From Vicinamibacterales bacterium (GTDB taxonomy: Bacteria > Acidobacteriota > Vicinamibacteria > Vicinamibacterales > UBA8438), in NCBI GenBank assembly GCA_965204175.1, contig OZ241978.1, forward strand, positions 1,044,103-1,108,102: 64,000 bases of DNA, given 5' to 3'. The position numbers and the translations under genes were made by a program. Below, piece by piece: positions 1 to 9,629 of the stretch (its first letter is position 1; every line of letters starts with the position of its first letter). Under the pieces are notes generated by a model. The model made no database searches, was not told where the DNA came from, and saw only the letters and a program-made list of their open reading frames with translations.

Positions 1-239
1 GCGTTGCGGTCGACGGTGGCCTGCTCGAGGTTGGCGGCCTCCTCCGCGGTCAGGAACTCCTGATCGCCGAGCGTCTCGGGACGCTCCATCGGCGTGATCG
101 TGCGGAAGTCCCAGATGCCCTGCAGGTCGGGCGCACCCCACGGCGTGCGCAACGCTTCGCCCTGGGCGGCGGCCGGCGCCGGGGCCGGCGATACGACCGC
201 GAACGTCGCGAGCAGCAATACAAGATGGCGGGCTCTCAT
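1..239 (-). CDS. hypothetical secreted protein, N-terminal part only (runs off left edge)
   Basis: Minus-strand ATG at 239-237 opens MRARHLVLLLATFAVVSPAPAPAAAQGEALRTPWGAPDLQGIWDF..., a signal-peptide-like N-terminus. The frame stays open to the window edge. Absent from the ORF track because no stop lies in the window. Confidence 0.4.
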   Translation of the reverse strand, partial: MRARHLVLLLATFAVVSPAPAPAAAQGEALRTPWGAPDLQGIWDFRTITPMERPETLGDQEFLTAEEAANLEQATVDRN

Positions 240-321
240 CGGGTCACCTCTCTGGTCATCTGAAGGGAACGCGGTCAATCCGTGCACGTTGAAGGATCGA
301 TCCAATCGCCGGCCGGGTCAA

Positions 322-2049
322 CTAGGAGCCGATCGAGTAGCGAAACAGCAACCGCTGGGCGGTCTGGTTCATGTCGCTCACCCGCGGCAGCCGCAACAGG
401 TCGACCTTGTAGTCCAGCGACAGCTCCGGCGTCAGCCGCCAGCTCAGCGTGCTGCGCCAATCGATCGTCGGCTGGGGCGCCGCGAAGTCGCTGAACAGGT
501 CGAGGGTGGTGTTGTAGAGGAGGAATCGATAGCGGACGGTCGCGACCAGCGTCGTCTCCAGCCCGGTTTCGTGGAAGTTGCCGGCCTCCACGTACTCCAG
601 CTCGGGGGTCGTTTCGTCATCGTTCAGGAAGAAGGCGCCCGCGAACCGGTTCTGCCGGAATCCGGCGCCGACCCGCCAGTCGAGCCGTACCGCCCGCCCC
701 CGCAACAGGCGGGTGTTCAGGCCGATCCCTTCGCGAAACTCGGGCGGGCTGAACGCGTCGCCGGTCGGGAACGTACTGTTGGCCGGCACGACGGTCAGCT
801 CGCGCCGCCCGTCGACGAACTGCCGCGAGATCAGCGTGTCTTCGGTGACGAGCGTGTTCGACTCGAACAGCGATGTCCGCAGCCCGAAGCGGGCGTAGGG
901 CCCAACGCGCGCATTGAGGAATCGGGAATACAACACGTCGCTCCGGAGTCGGTCGTGGGTCTTCTGCCACGGCCGGGCCGCCGACGCCTCCGGCCTGACC
1001 TTCGAGAAACCGGACTCCAGCTCCAGCACGCTGCTGAACAGGTCGCGGTCGCGCTGGTAGGTGACGTAGTTGTCGAAGAACAGGTCCGTGCCGAAACTGG
1101 TCTCGTTGCTCGCGCCGATCACGTTGCGGGTCGACGTGAAGGGGGCCGACAGGCCGATCGCGTAGCGCCGATTCCAGGGGGATGCCTCCGGCGCCTCCCA
1201 GGCAGAAAGGTCGGGCACGACGCCGAGCTCGTCGGGCGTTACCACCCCGGCGCCCCGGAACCGGCCACTGGCGGGATCGATGACCAACCTGTAGTGGACG
1301 AGCCCGCCCTCCGGCACTAGCACGGTCGCGAAATCCGTGCGGGCGCGGTAGGTCGATCCCGACTGCACGATCCGATACAGCCCGGGCGCCATCAACAGGG
1401 TGAGCAGCCGCTCGCCCTGCAGCGTGTCGGCGCCGAAGCCGACCGTGTAGGGTTGGCGGTCCGCGACCCGGATCAGCTCGTACACGCCGCGATGCGGCAG
1501 GTTGCGCTCGTCGACGACCTCGATGCGCAATCCGCCCCACCGCACCGGGACCACGGTCGTTGCGCCACCCTGGACGTCGACGGGGACCGCCACCATCTGG
1601 GATACCGGCCCGCTGCCCACCCGCACGAGATAGGCTCCCGGCTCGACGACGATCCGGGCGCCGTTGGGCCCGCTTGCGACCTGCTCGCCGCCGCGGAACA
1701 CCAGCGCCTGCGGCTCGCTGTCCGGCCCCGCCATGGAGGGCGCCAGGATGGCGCCGTCTCCCGGCGGGATCGCGGTCGTGGCGGCGGCGGCCTGGGTGGC
1801 GGCATCCGGCGTCAGCCACCGGTAGATGTCGGACGCCGCCGTCGTCTGGGCAGCGGTTGCGGCCGGGAAGCCATGGAGCAGGGCGGCCGCGAAGACGAGG
1901 GCTCGCGGCACGCGACGTGCAGGCCCGGCCGCGGCACGAGACGCTCCCGCCTCGGCGGGCCGAGGCTGCGCCCCGCCCGCAGCGTCAGGGTTCGAGCGGT
2001 GATTGCGCATGCAACGGAGCACTGCCGTTGCGCCATGCATGTGAACCAT
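322..2049 (-). CDS. hypothetical exported / outer-membrane-like protein
   Basis: 575-aa ORF with a signal-like segment (ALVFAAALLHGFPAATAAQ) and alternating beta-strand-like C-terminal two thirds. The true start may be the internal Met at 2010. No family recognised by eye. Confidence 0.5.
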   Translation of the reverse strand: MVHMHGATAVLRCMRNHRSNPDAAGGAQPRPAEAGASRAAAGPARRVPRALVFAAALLHGFPAATAAQTTAASDIYRWLTPDAATQAAAATTAIPPGDGAILAPSMAGPDSEPQALVFRGGEQVASGPNGARIVVEPGAYLVRVGSGPVSQMVAVPVDVQGGATTVVPVRWGGLRIEVVDERNLPHRGVYELIRVADRQPYTVGFGADTLQGERLLTLLMAPGLYRIVQSGSTYRARTDFATVLVPEGGLVHYRLVIDPASGRFRGAGVVTPDELGVVPDLSAWEAPEASPWNRRYAIGLSAPFTSTRNVIGASNETSFGTDLFFDNYVTYQRDRDLFSSVLELESGFSKVRPEASAARPWQKTHDRLRSDVLYSRFLNARVGPYARFGLRTSLFESNTLVTEDTLISRQFVDGRRELTVVPANSTFPTGDAFSPPEFREGIGLNTRLLRGRAVRLDWRVGAGFRQNRFAGAFFLNDDETTPELEYVEAGNFHETGLETTLVATVRYRFLLYNTTLDLFSDFAAPQPTIDWRSTLSWRLTPELSLDYKVDLLRLPRVSDMNQTAQRLLFRYSIGS

Positions 2050-2098
2050 GGGAAGTGCCTGCCTTGTGCGGGAGTGAGGGTTCGATCCGGTTGCGCCG

Positions 2099-2908
2099 CT
2101 ACACGAGTTGGCGAACGACGATGGCCAGCCCGGTCAACGCCACGACCGTCAGGACTGCAGGCCGCGTATAGCCGCGGTCCACGTAGGGGGCGATGCGCCG
2201 CGACAGCGCGAGACCGGCGAGCATGCCGGGCAGCATCACCAGGGCCAGCCGCAGTTCGCCGGTCCCGAGGCGGCCGACGAGCCACAGCGCGCCGAGAGAT
2301 ACGACCGTGCCTACCACGAAGAACCCGGATATCGTGCTCCGGATGCGGGCGCCGGGCGCGTCCTGGTAGAGGATGGCCAAAGGGGGACCGCCGACCGCCG
2401 CCACCGTGCCGATGACCCCCGAGATCACGCCGGCCGCAACCAGTGCCCGGTCCGTGGGCTCCAACCGCAGCCCGGATGCGCTCATGGCCACCGCGGCCAG
2501 AATGAAGCACCCGAACAACAGCATGAGCGTGTCCTCCGCCGCCAGCGTCAGGATGCCGCCCGCGACGACCGTTCCCGCGACGCGGCCGGCCAACGCCCAC
2601 TTGATGCCGCGGACGTCTACCGCGTGGCGCTCGCGGTACGTCATCAGCAGCGTGAGCACCAGCGTGCAGAGGAGGATGGGCGCAGGCACGAACCGCGGAT
2701 CCAGCAGGATCAGGAGCGGCGCGGCGAGCAGCCCCATGCCGAAGCCGATGGCGCCCTGCAAGGTCGCCCCGACGAACGTGAGGACCGTCACGAAGGCGAT
2801 GTCGGCGAGGGGCAAAACGGTACAGTGTACAGGCAGGCTCGTACAGGCAGGCTCCAACGTGCCGAAGGTGATTGCGCCGCCGCGTTCCCTCCGAGAGAAG
2901 CGGACCAT
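2099..2908 (-). CDS. TauE/SafE (DUF81) family anion exporter
   Basis: Multi-pass membrane protein with GAIGFGMGLLAAPLL and GTVAAVGGPPLAILY segments typical of this family. The start codon is uncertain and the first ~30 aa may not be coding. Confidence 0.75.
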   Translation of the reverse strand: MVRFSRRERGGAITFGTLEPACTSLPVHCTVLPLADIAFVTVLTFVGATLQGAIGFGMGLLAAPLLILLDPRFVPAPILLCTLVLTLLMTYRERHAVDVRGIKWALAGRVAGTVVAGGILTLAAEDTLMLLFGCFILAAVAMSASGLRLEPTDRALVAAGVISGVIGTVAAVGGPPLAILYQDAPGARIRSTISGFFVVGTVVSLGALWLVGRLGTGELRLALVMLPGMLAGLALSRRIAPYVDRGYTRPAVLTVVALTGLAIVVRQLV

Positions 2909-2941
2909 GCCGCCAGCCCCGCGGGCGTTACACTAAGAGGC

Positions 2942-3628
2942 GTGAGCGACAATCCCGTCGAGCCGAGACGGGCCGCCTCGGTCATGCTGGTCCGCTCCGG
3001 CACGGGCGGCCTGGAGATCCTCTTCCTGCTGCGCAACCCCACGCTGGCGTTCCACGGCGACTACTGGGTGTTTCCCGGCGGCCGGATCGACGCGGACGAC
3101 GCCGATCCCGCCGCGCCGGGCGACGAAGCGGCGGCGGCCCGGCGCGCCGCCGTGCGCGAGGCCCGCGAGGAGGCGGGTGTCGAGGTCACCCCCGGATCGC
3201 TCTCGTTCGCGGTCCACTGGACGACGCCGGCGGTCAGTCCGATCCGTTTCGCTACCTGGTTCTTCATCGCGCCGGCTCCGGAAGACCGCATCACGGTGGA
3301 CGGCGGCGAGATCCACGCGCACCGGTGGCTCTCTCCGGCCGACGCGCTGGCGCGCCAGGCGGCCGGGGAGATCAAGCTGGCCGCGCCCACCTTCGCGCTC
3401 ACCACGCGGATGGCGGACTTCGACGACGTGGATGCGGCGCTCGACGCGGTGGCGTCGTGGCCGGAGGAGCGGCTGCTCGGCGATCTGCTCGACGTGGAAG
3501 GGGGCCAAGTCGCGCTCTACCACCAGGACGCCGCGCACGGAGCCGGTCCCCTGGCGCTGGATCGGCCCGGGCCGCGGCACCGGCTGTGGATGCTGGAGTC
3601 GGGCTGGCGCTACGAGCGGGCGTTCTGA
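2942..3628 (+). CDS. NUDIX hydrolase
   Basis: Nudix-box-like GGRIDADD...AVREAREEAGV. GTG at 2942 was chosen because the upstream part of the 506-aa track ORF is antisense to the TauE gene. Confidence 0.75.
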   Translation: MSDNPVEPRRAASVMLVRSGTGGLEILFLLRNPTLAFHGDYWVFPGGRIDADDADPAAPGDEAAAARRAAVREAREEAGVEVTPGSLSFAVHWTTPAVSPIRFATWFFIAPAPEDRITVDGGEIHAHRWLSPADALARQAAGEIKLAAPTFALTTRMADFDDVDAALDAVASWPEERLLGDLLDVEGGQVALYHQDAAHGAGPLALDRPGPRHRLWMLESGWRYERAF

Positions 3629-3707
3629 GCGGACGCTGCGCCGCGCTCCGAACGGAGCCTGTCCGACGCCTCGGGGGCGCGCCCGAACGCGCCGGCGTCC
3701 CGCCTGA

Positions 3708-4238
3708 CTACTCCGCGTCTTCGGCGTCCAACGGCTCGATCGTGCCGTACATCAGGCCGCCGTACTCGCCGTGGTCCCAGGTGCCCGCGTAGCGGTTGTC
3801 GTAGAAGACCACGCGCGCGCCGAACTCCTCTCCCAGACCGGGAATGGCAAAATCGGTGATGCTGACCATCGGCGTGTCTCCCGCCCAGACCATCGGCACG
3901 ACCACCGGCAGCGTTGCGTCCACGCTCCCGTAGGTCAAGTGCACGTCGAAGCGCCAGCGGTCGCCCTCAAGCTTCGTGACCTCACTGATCGCGTAGCGCT
4001 CGGGCAGGCCGTCACGGCGTTCCCGCCCCTCGATGGTGAAGTGCCCGACGAGGACGACGTTGCGCATCCGTTCCGTGAAATCGCGCTCGAGGTCCGTGAG
4101 CGAGGCGGGGTCCGCTTCCTGTCCGCGTCCCGTGGCCGCGGTCAACCATCCAAGGCCGAACACGAGTATCAGCAGGACGCCGGCCGCGGCGACCTTCATC
4201 ACGGCGCTGGCATTGACGGAATTCGCCTGGGCATGCAT
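3708..4238 (-). CDS. hypothetical membrane-anchored protein
   Basis: N-terminal hydrophobic anchor (MKVAAAGVLLILVFGLGWL) followed by a soluble domain. No recognisable motif. Confidence 0.5.
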   Translation of the reverse strand: MHAQANSVNASAVMKVAAAGVLLILVFGLGWLTAATGRGQEADPASLTDLERDFTERMRNVVLVGHFTIEGRERRDGLPERYAISEVTKLEGDRWRFDVHLTYGSVDATLPVVVPMVWAGDTPMVSITDFAIPGLGEEFGARVVFYDNRYAGTWDHGEYGGLMYGTIEPLDAEDAE

Positions 4239-4447
4239 CGCAGTCGACCTCCCGGAATGTGCGGATTATAGCTTGGGACGGGCCGGTTCGGCGTCGGCGG
4301 CCTCGACGCGGGCCGGAGCCGTAGGGCGACGATTCCCGGGCTGCGCCGCCCGCTTGCCGCTAATCGCTTCACGCAGCCCTTAGAGCAGGCCCTCGACATT
4401 CGCCATCCGCTCGCGCGATTCGACTTCCAGCCTGTGCATCGCTTCGC

Positions 4448-5674
4448 TCAGCGCGCTGATCGGCCGCCGCCCACGGCTCGCCAGCGCAGCCAGTGGTCGG
4501 CCACGACCAGGGCGACCATCGCTTCCGCCATCGGGACGAAGCGGGGGAGCAGGCAGGGGTCGTGGCGTCCCTTCGTCACGATGGTCGTCGGTTCCCCGCC
4601 GCGCGTCACCGTCTCCTGCGGCTGCGGCAGGCTGCTGGTCGGCTTGACGGCGGCCCGCAGCACGATCGGCATCCCGCTGGAGATGCCGCCGAGCATGCCG
4701 CCGTGGCGGTTCGTGCGGGTAGCGATGCTCGGCGCGGCGGATGCCTCTCCGGCAGCGGTCGCTGCCATCCCGGTGCCGCCGGACGCCGCCTCGGCCTCGC
4801 CGGACATCGTCTCGTCGTTGCCGTGCGCCCGCTCGTCGCTGCCGGCGACGTAGAAGATGTCGTTACTCTCGGTGCCGCGCAGCGCGGCGCAGCCGAACCC
4901 GATTCCGTACTCGACCCCGAGGACCGCGGGCAGGCTGAACAGCGCCTTGCCCAGGTCCGCCTTCAGCTTGTCGAATACCGGCTCGCCGAGGCCCGCCGGT
5001 ACGCCGGCGGCGACGATCTCGGCCACGCCGCCGATCGAGTCCTGCTCGCCGCGCATCTTCTCGACGAGCGCCACCATCCGCCCTGCCGCCGCGGCATCGG
5101 GGCAGCGTACGAGGTTCGGCTGGCCGTCGGGCAGGCGTTCCACCTGCTCGAGGGTGACCGCGGCCGGATCCGGAACGTCCGCCACCACGTTGCCGACCTG
5201 CTTCACGTAACCGACGATGCGCCCGCCGAACCGCTCGGCGATCAGCTTCTTCGCCACCGCGCCGGCGGCAACGCGGACCGCCGTTTCTCTCGCGCTCGAC
5301 CGCCCGCCGCCCCGGTAGTCACGGAACCCGTACTTCGCGTCGTAGGTGTGGTCGGCATGCCCCGGGCGGTACTTGTCCTTGATGGCGGAGTAATCTCGGC
5401 TCCGCTGGTCGCGATTCCGAATCAGTATCGCGATGCTCGTGCCGGTCGTCCTGCCCTCGAACACCCCGGAGAGGATCTCCGGTGCGTCCGGCTCGTCGCG
5501 CTGCGTGACGATGGCGCTCTGACCGGGCCGGCGCCGCGCCAGGTCGGGGATCAGATCATCGACGCCAAGCGGCAGTCCCGGCGGGCAACCGTCGACGATG
5601 ACGAGGTTGCCGGGACCGTGCGACTCGCCGGCCGTGGTGATGCGAAACGCCTGCCCGAAGCTGTTGCCCGGCAT
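4448..5674 (-). CDS. aroC: chorismate synthase
   Basis: [23 protein letters not shown]-terminus, [11 protein letters not shown], and the C-terminal [19 protein letters not shown] signature. Confidence 0.95.
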   Translation of the reverse strand: MPGNSFGQAFRITTAGESHGPGNLVIVDGCPPGLPLGVDDLIPDLARRRPGQSAIVTQRDEPDAPEILSGVFEGRTTGTSIAILIRNRDQRSRDYSAIKDKYRPGHADHTYDAKYGFRDYRGGGRSSARETAVRVAAGAVAKKLIAERFGGRIVGYVKQVGNVVADVPDPAAVTLEQVERLPDGQPNLVRCPDAAAAGRMVALVEKMRGEQDSIGGVAEIVAAGVPAGLGEPVFDKLKADLGKALFSLPAVLGVEYGIGFGCAALRGTESNDIFYVAGSDERAHGNDETMSGEAEAASGGTGMAATAAGEASAAPSIATRTNRHGGMLGGISSGMPIVLRAAVKPTSSLPQPQETVTRGGEPTTIVTKGRHDPCLLPRFVPMAEAMVALVVADHWLRWRAVGGGRSAR

Positions 5675-5785
5675 CTGGCCGGGGATGGTACCACCCCGAG
5701 TCGGACCGAACCGAGCCCGCCTGCTTGCCTCGCGGCACGAACCGAGCGGGGGCCGACGAGACGCCCGCCCGGTTGGACATCCATG

Positions 5786-6493
5786 TCACGGACTGCCGGG
5801 CGTAAAGACCCAGCCGATGGCGTTCCGGACAACGTCCCCCGGACCGAGGTTCAGCAGGCAGGTCCGGGTGGCTTGGAACCGGAAATTGCCGATCTCGCTG
5901 CTTACAGTCGCACCGCTGCAGGAGAAACGGCCCTCGATGCCGTTGAGAGTGCCGTCGCAGCCGGTGTCCGGATCGCAGTCTCCCGGTCTGGACACCACGT
6001 CGCCCTCCGACACTCGAATGTCGCTCCGATCGAGCGCGACCGTCCCGGCACTCGCGCCATGATCGGCGGCGCTCAGGTTTTCGAGGTTCTGTTGCGCAGT
6101 GGCGTCTCCCTGCTCGGCCGCGCGGCGGAACCAGAGCACGGCAAGCTCATCGTTTCGCTCTACGCCGCTGCCATCGGCATACATGACTCCGAGGTTGTAT
6201 TGCGCGACGGCGTGACCCTGATCAGCAGCTCGACGGAACCAGGACACGGCAAGCTCGTCATTCCGCTCCACGCCGCGACCAGCAACGTACAGGACGCCGA
6301 GGCTGAACTGTGCTTCGGGCTCTCCCCGGTCGGCCGCCTGTCGGAGCCCGGAGAGAGCTGACGTCTGCGCGGTCGATGCCGCCGGCGCCGTCACTGCAAA
6401 CAAGACCAACGCCAGTGGAATAGTGACGACGACAAGCCTTGCAACTCCCATGCCTGTAAGCCTCCTCCGTTCTTGCCATCGGCTAGTCTGCAA
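5786..6493 (-). CDS. Sel1-repeat (TPR-like) secreted protein
   Basis: Three Sel1-like repeats (EAQFSLGVLYVAGRGVERNDELAVSWFRRAADQGH, AVAQYNLGVMYADGSGVERNDELAVLWFRRAAEQGD...), a signal/TM segment and a Cys-containing C-terminal domain. An internal Met at about 6454 is a possible start. Confidence 0.75.
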   Translation of the reverse strand: MQTSRWQERRRLTGMGVARLVVVTIPLALVLFAVTAPAASTAQTSALSGLRQAADRGEPEAQFSLGVLYVAGRGVERNDELAVSWFRRAADQGHAVAQYNLGVMYADGSGVERNDELAVLWFRRAAEQGDATAQQNLENLSAADHGASAGTVALDRSDIRVSEGDVVSRPGDCDPDTGCDGTLNGIEGRFSCSGATVSSEIGNFRFQATRTCLLNLGPGDVVRNAIGWVFTPGSP

Positions 6494-6499
6494 GCCGTC

Positions 6500-7792
6500 C
6501 TACTCGTAGCGGACTGCATCGACCGGCTGCAGCTTCGCAGCCTGCGAGGCGGGATAGATCCCGAAAACGAGCCCGACGAACACCGACACGCCGAATCCGA
6601 GCGTAACGGCCAGAAAGGACACGCTCGTGTTCCAGGTGGCGTACGCGGTGATGGCATACGACGTGGCGACGCCGGCTGCGATGCCGATGCCCCCGCCGGC
6701 CAGCGTCATCATCAGGCTCTCGGTCAGGAACTGCACGACGATGCTGCGGCGCGTCGCACCGACCACGCGTCGCAAGCCGATCTCCCGCGTCCGTTCGAGC
6801 ACGGACGTGAGCATGATGTTCATGATTCCGATGCCGCCGACCAGCAGCGACAGCACTGCCACGCTGCCGACGACGACGTTGAAGGTGCGCTGCGTGCGGA
6901 CACGCTGATTCAGCAGATCCCGCGGCACGACGACATCGAGCGCCTGCCCCGCGCCGTTCGCGCGCGCGAGCGTGCGCTCGATTGAGCGTGCCACGTCCGC
7001 TACGCCGGCGCCGTCGGCGGCCCGAACCCAGATCTCGTCGATCCGTTGCGTCGGGCCCACGGCCGGACTCACCGGAAGCACCCCTGCGATGGCGCCAATC
7101 ACCGCGTTGTCCAGGTCGCGCGAGGCGGCAATCCGTCCGGTGCGCCCGTCGACCGAACGCGGCGCGAGCACGCCGACGACCTCGCACCACGTCCTGTCGA
7201 CCCGCACCGCCTGGCCGACCGGATCCCGATAGCCGAACAGCACGCGTCCAAGTTGCGCGCCGAGCACGCAGACCGGCGCCTGCGTCCGTCGGTCCAGCGG
7301 CGCCAGGAATCGACCGCGGGCGACCTCCAGGTCGAGCACGCGCCCGTACTCCGGATTCACGCCGAGCACCGAGGTGTCCTGGGCACCGACCGGACCGGCT
7401 ACGGTCGCGAAGCGCTCCACCAACGGGCTGACCGACGTCACGCCCGGCAACATGTCGCGCAGGAGCCGGGCGTCCCGCAACCGGAGCGCCGCGTCGTTGC
7501 CGAAGCCCCGGTTGCGTACGATGACGTTGTTGAGGCCAAGCTGCTCCACCTGCCGCAGGACGTCTTCGCGCGCGCCTTCGCCGACCGAGAACATCGCTAT
7601 CACCGCCGCAACGCCCAGCACGATCCCGAGCGTGCTCAGCGCCGTGCGCAGGCGGTAGCGACCGAGCGCCTCGATGCTGATGTCGAGGACCTCGCGCGAC
7701 GTCTCACCCCAGCGAACCAGCTTCGTCGACATCGGCGTCCCGTGACCGTCAGCCGCGTTACCTACCTGCCTCGTGCCCATTGCCGTCCGCAT
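6500..7792 (-). CDS. ABC transporter permease, MacB/FtsX type
   Basis: N-terminal TM, large periplasmic domain, and C-terminal FtsX-like TMs with REIGLRRVVGATRRSIVVQFLTESL. No cognate ATPase gene lies adjacent. Confidence 0.85.
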   Translation of the reverse strand: MRTAMGTRQVGNAADGHGTPMSTKLVRWGETSREVLDISIEALGRYRLRTALSTLGIVLGVAAVIAMFSVGEGAREDVLRQVEQLGLNNVIVRNRGFGNDAALRLRDARLLRDMLPGVTSVSPLVERFATVAGPVGAQDTSVLGVNPEYGRVLDLEVARGRFLAPLDRRTQAPVCVLGAQLGRVLFGYRDPVGQAVRVDRTWCEVVGVLAPRSVDGRTGRIAASRDLDNAVIGAIAGVLPVSPAVGPTQRIDEIWVRAADGAGVADVARSIERTLARANGAGQALDVVVPRDLLNQRVRTQRTFNVVVGSVAVLSLLVGGIGIMNIMLTSVLERTREIGLRRVVGATRRSIVVQFLTESLMMTLAGGGIGIAAGVATSYAITAYATWNTSVSFLAVTLGFGVSVFVGLVFGIYPASQAAKLQPVDAVRYE

Positions 7793-7857
7793 CCGGCGAA
7801 CGATGCCATCGCCCCGGCTTCGAGCGGCCGGCTTCCGGCCTCATGAACGCCGTCGGT

Positions 7858-9300
7858 TCAAGGCACCAGCTCCAGCCTCGGGTCCCCATTGCCGCCGAGC
7901 AGCTTCCCGATCTCGATCTCCATCTCCATCGCCGGCCCGCTGTCTTCCATTGCGCCGGCGACTGCGTCGGCGGCCGGTGGCCGGTCGCCCACCAGCATCA
8001 CTCGATCGCCCGCTGCAACGCCGGCCAGCACTTCGACGAAACGCTGGTTCTGCTCGCCCAGCTCGACCTGCCGCGCCTCGACCCGCCGACCGTGCCGCAC
8101 GTTGACCAGCGTCATGCCGTCGCTCTCGAACACCGCGTTGATCGGCACGCGGACGACGTCCTGCCGGTCTCCCACCAGAATGTCGACGCGCGCCGTCATC
8201 TCCGGACGCAACGCCGCCTCGCTCGGCTCCAACTCCACGGTCACGTCGAACCGCCTGCCGTCGAGCTGTTGGTCGAAGGCGGTGCGTGCGAGTGCGCCCA
8301 CGGTTGCAATCCGGCCGGACAGCTCGAGCTCCGGAAACGCCTCCAGCCGCACCGTCACCTGCTGACCCGGATGGACGCGGTGCACCGATCGCTCGGGGAC
8401 CGAGGCGTCGACCAGCATCCGGCTGACGTCCACCACCCCCACGATCCCCTGGCTCGGCGTCACCCGGTCGCCGAGTCGGACCTTGCGCCGCGGCGACGAG
8501 GCCATGAACTCCTCGTACACCACCAGGCCGGGGCCGTCCGCATAGATGGTGCAACGCTCTATCAGATTGCCCATGTCCGCCACGCGCCGCCGTGCAGCGG
8601 CGAGTCGGCGCTCCACCGCCTGCCGCTGGGCCCGCTTCTGCGCCAACTGCAGTTCGGCCCGCCGCGTCGCGACCGGGTGCGTCTGCTCGACCAGCACGCT
8701 GGCCCGCCGGCGAGCAATCGCCAGGTCCGCCTCGGCCGTTTCCAGCTCGTCGCGCGAGCGCTCGAGCTCGTCGCCGGTGATGAAACCCTGGTCGAGCAGC
8801 GGCTCCAGGCTCTCCACTTCACGGCGCAACCGCTGGACCCGCCGTTCCGCCAAGCCCAGGTTGGTACGGCTTTCCTCGATGGTCAGCGAGCCCTCGCCGT
8901 CGACCGTCGACTCGAGCCCCGCCGTCGCTTCGAGCAACTCCAACTCCGCCACCTGCAGCGCCAGCTCGGCTTCGTGGACGCTGTCGACGGCCTGCCTCAG
9001 CTCGGCCTCCAGGTCGCGCGTCTCCAGGCGAACCAGCAGGTCGCCTTCCCCAACGCGCAGACCTTCCGGAACCAGGTGGACGATCTCCGCTTCCCGGCCG
9101 TTGACCGGCGATCGGTAGGAGGTCGACCGGGCCGCACGAAGCGTACCGGGCGCGGTCAAGACGGCCACGAGGGAACCGCGCTCGACCGTCCACGCCGTGC
9201 CCGCGTTCGCGGCCGAACGGCTGCGAACGGCGAACAGGCCGACGGCCGCGAGCAACGCGAGACCGGCGACGACGAAAACCAGCTTGCGGCGCCTGGACAT
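7858..9300 (-). CDS. HlyD-family efflux adaptor (membrane fusion protein)
   Basis: Start placed at Met 9300 (MSRRRKLVFVVAGLALLAAVGLF TM anchor). It has a coiled-coil hairpin (RDLEAELRQAVDSVHEAELALQVAELELLEA) and beta-barrel-like C-terminal domains. The upstream 91 codons of the track ORF overlap the TolC remnant. Confidence 0.85.
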   Translation of the reverse strand: MSRRRKLVFVVAGLALLAAVGLFAVRSRSAANAGTAWTVERGSLVAVLTAPGTLRAARSTSYRSPVNGREAEIVHLVPEGLRVGEGDLLVRLETRDLEAELRQAVDSVHEAELALQVAELELLEATAGLESTVDGEGSLTIEESRTNLGLAERRVQRLRREVESLEPLLDQGFITGDELERSRDELETAEADLAIARRRASVLVEQTHPVATRRAELQLAQKRAQRQAVERRLAAARRRVADMGNLIERCTIYADGPGLVVYEEFMASSPRRKVRLGDRVTPSQGIVGVVDVSRMLVDASVPERSVHRVHPGQQVTVRLEAFPELELSGRIATVGALARTAFDQQLDGRRFDVTVELEPSEAALRPEMTARVDILVGDRQDVVRVPINAVFESDGMTLVNVRHGRRVEARQVELGEQNQRFVEVLAGVAAGDRVMLVGDRPPAADAVAGAMEDSGPAMEMEIEIGKLLGGNGDPRLELVP

Positions 9301-9308
9301 GGAGGGCC

Positions 9309-9578
9309 TTATCTCACGTCGCGACGCACGTCGAGCGTGCCCAGCACGGCGCGCAGGTCCAGCCGGGCGACGGCCAGGTCCGCGAGCACCGCCAGCCGGC
9401 GGCTGGTCGCGTTCAGCAGGTTCGCCTGGGCATTGACCACGTCGAGGTTGTTCGACAGGCCGCGCTGAAAGCGCAGCGTCGCCAGCTCCACTGTTATGCG
9501 ATGCTCTCCCGCCGGCAGCCCCACGATCTCTGGCGCGGTCAGCCAGATTTCGTGCGGGTACGCGCCCATGCACAGCAA
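9309..9578 (-). pseudogene. C-terminal remnant of a TolC-like outer-membrane factor
   Basis: Only about 60-89 aa remain (LRFQRGLSNNLDVVNAQANLLNATSRRLAVLADLAVARLDLRAVLGTL), typical of the last helix hairpin of OMF proteins, which are normally over 400 aa. Upstream DNA is occupied by the 3' end of the kinase gene. Confidence 0.5.
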
Positions 9579-9629
9579 AGGAGAATCATGTTGCAGAAAC
9601 AGGCAGGCGAGTAGCGAAAAAATTCGGAT

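Noticed and set aside
2071-2095. GGTTCGATCC T-loop-like motif suggesting a tRNA
   Set aside because: The flanking bases do not form a T-stem, and no acceptor or anticodon arms can be drawn. No tRNA was found anywhere in the window by eye.
4700-4860. Ala/Gly/Ser-rich ~40-aa insertion in chorismate synthase (…[42 protein letters not shown]…)
   Set aside because: Loop-length variation at this position is common among AroC proteins of 350-410 aa, and the catalytic signatures on both sides are intact.
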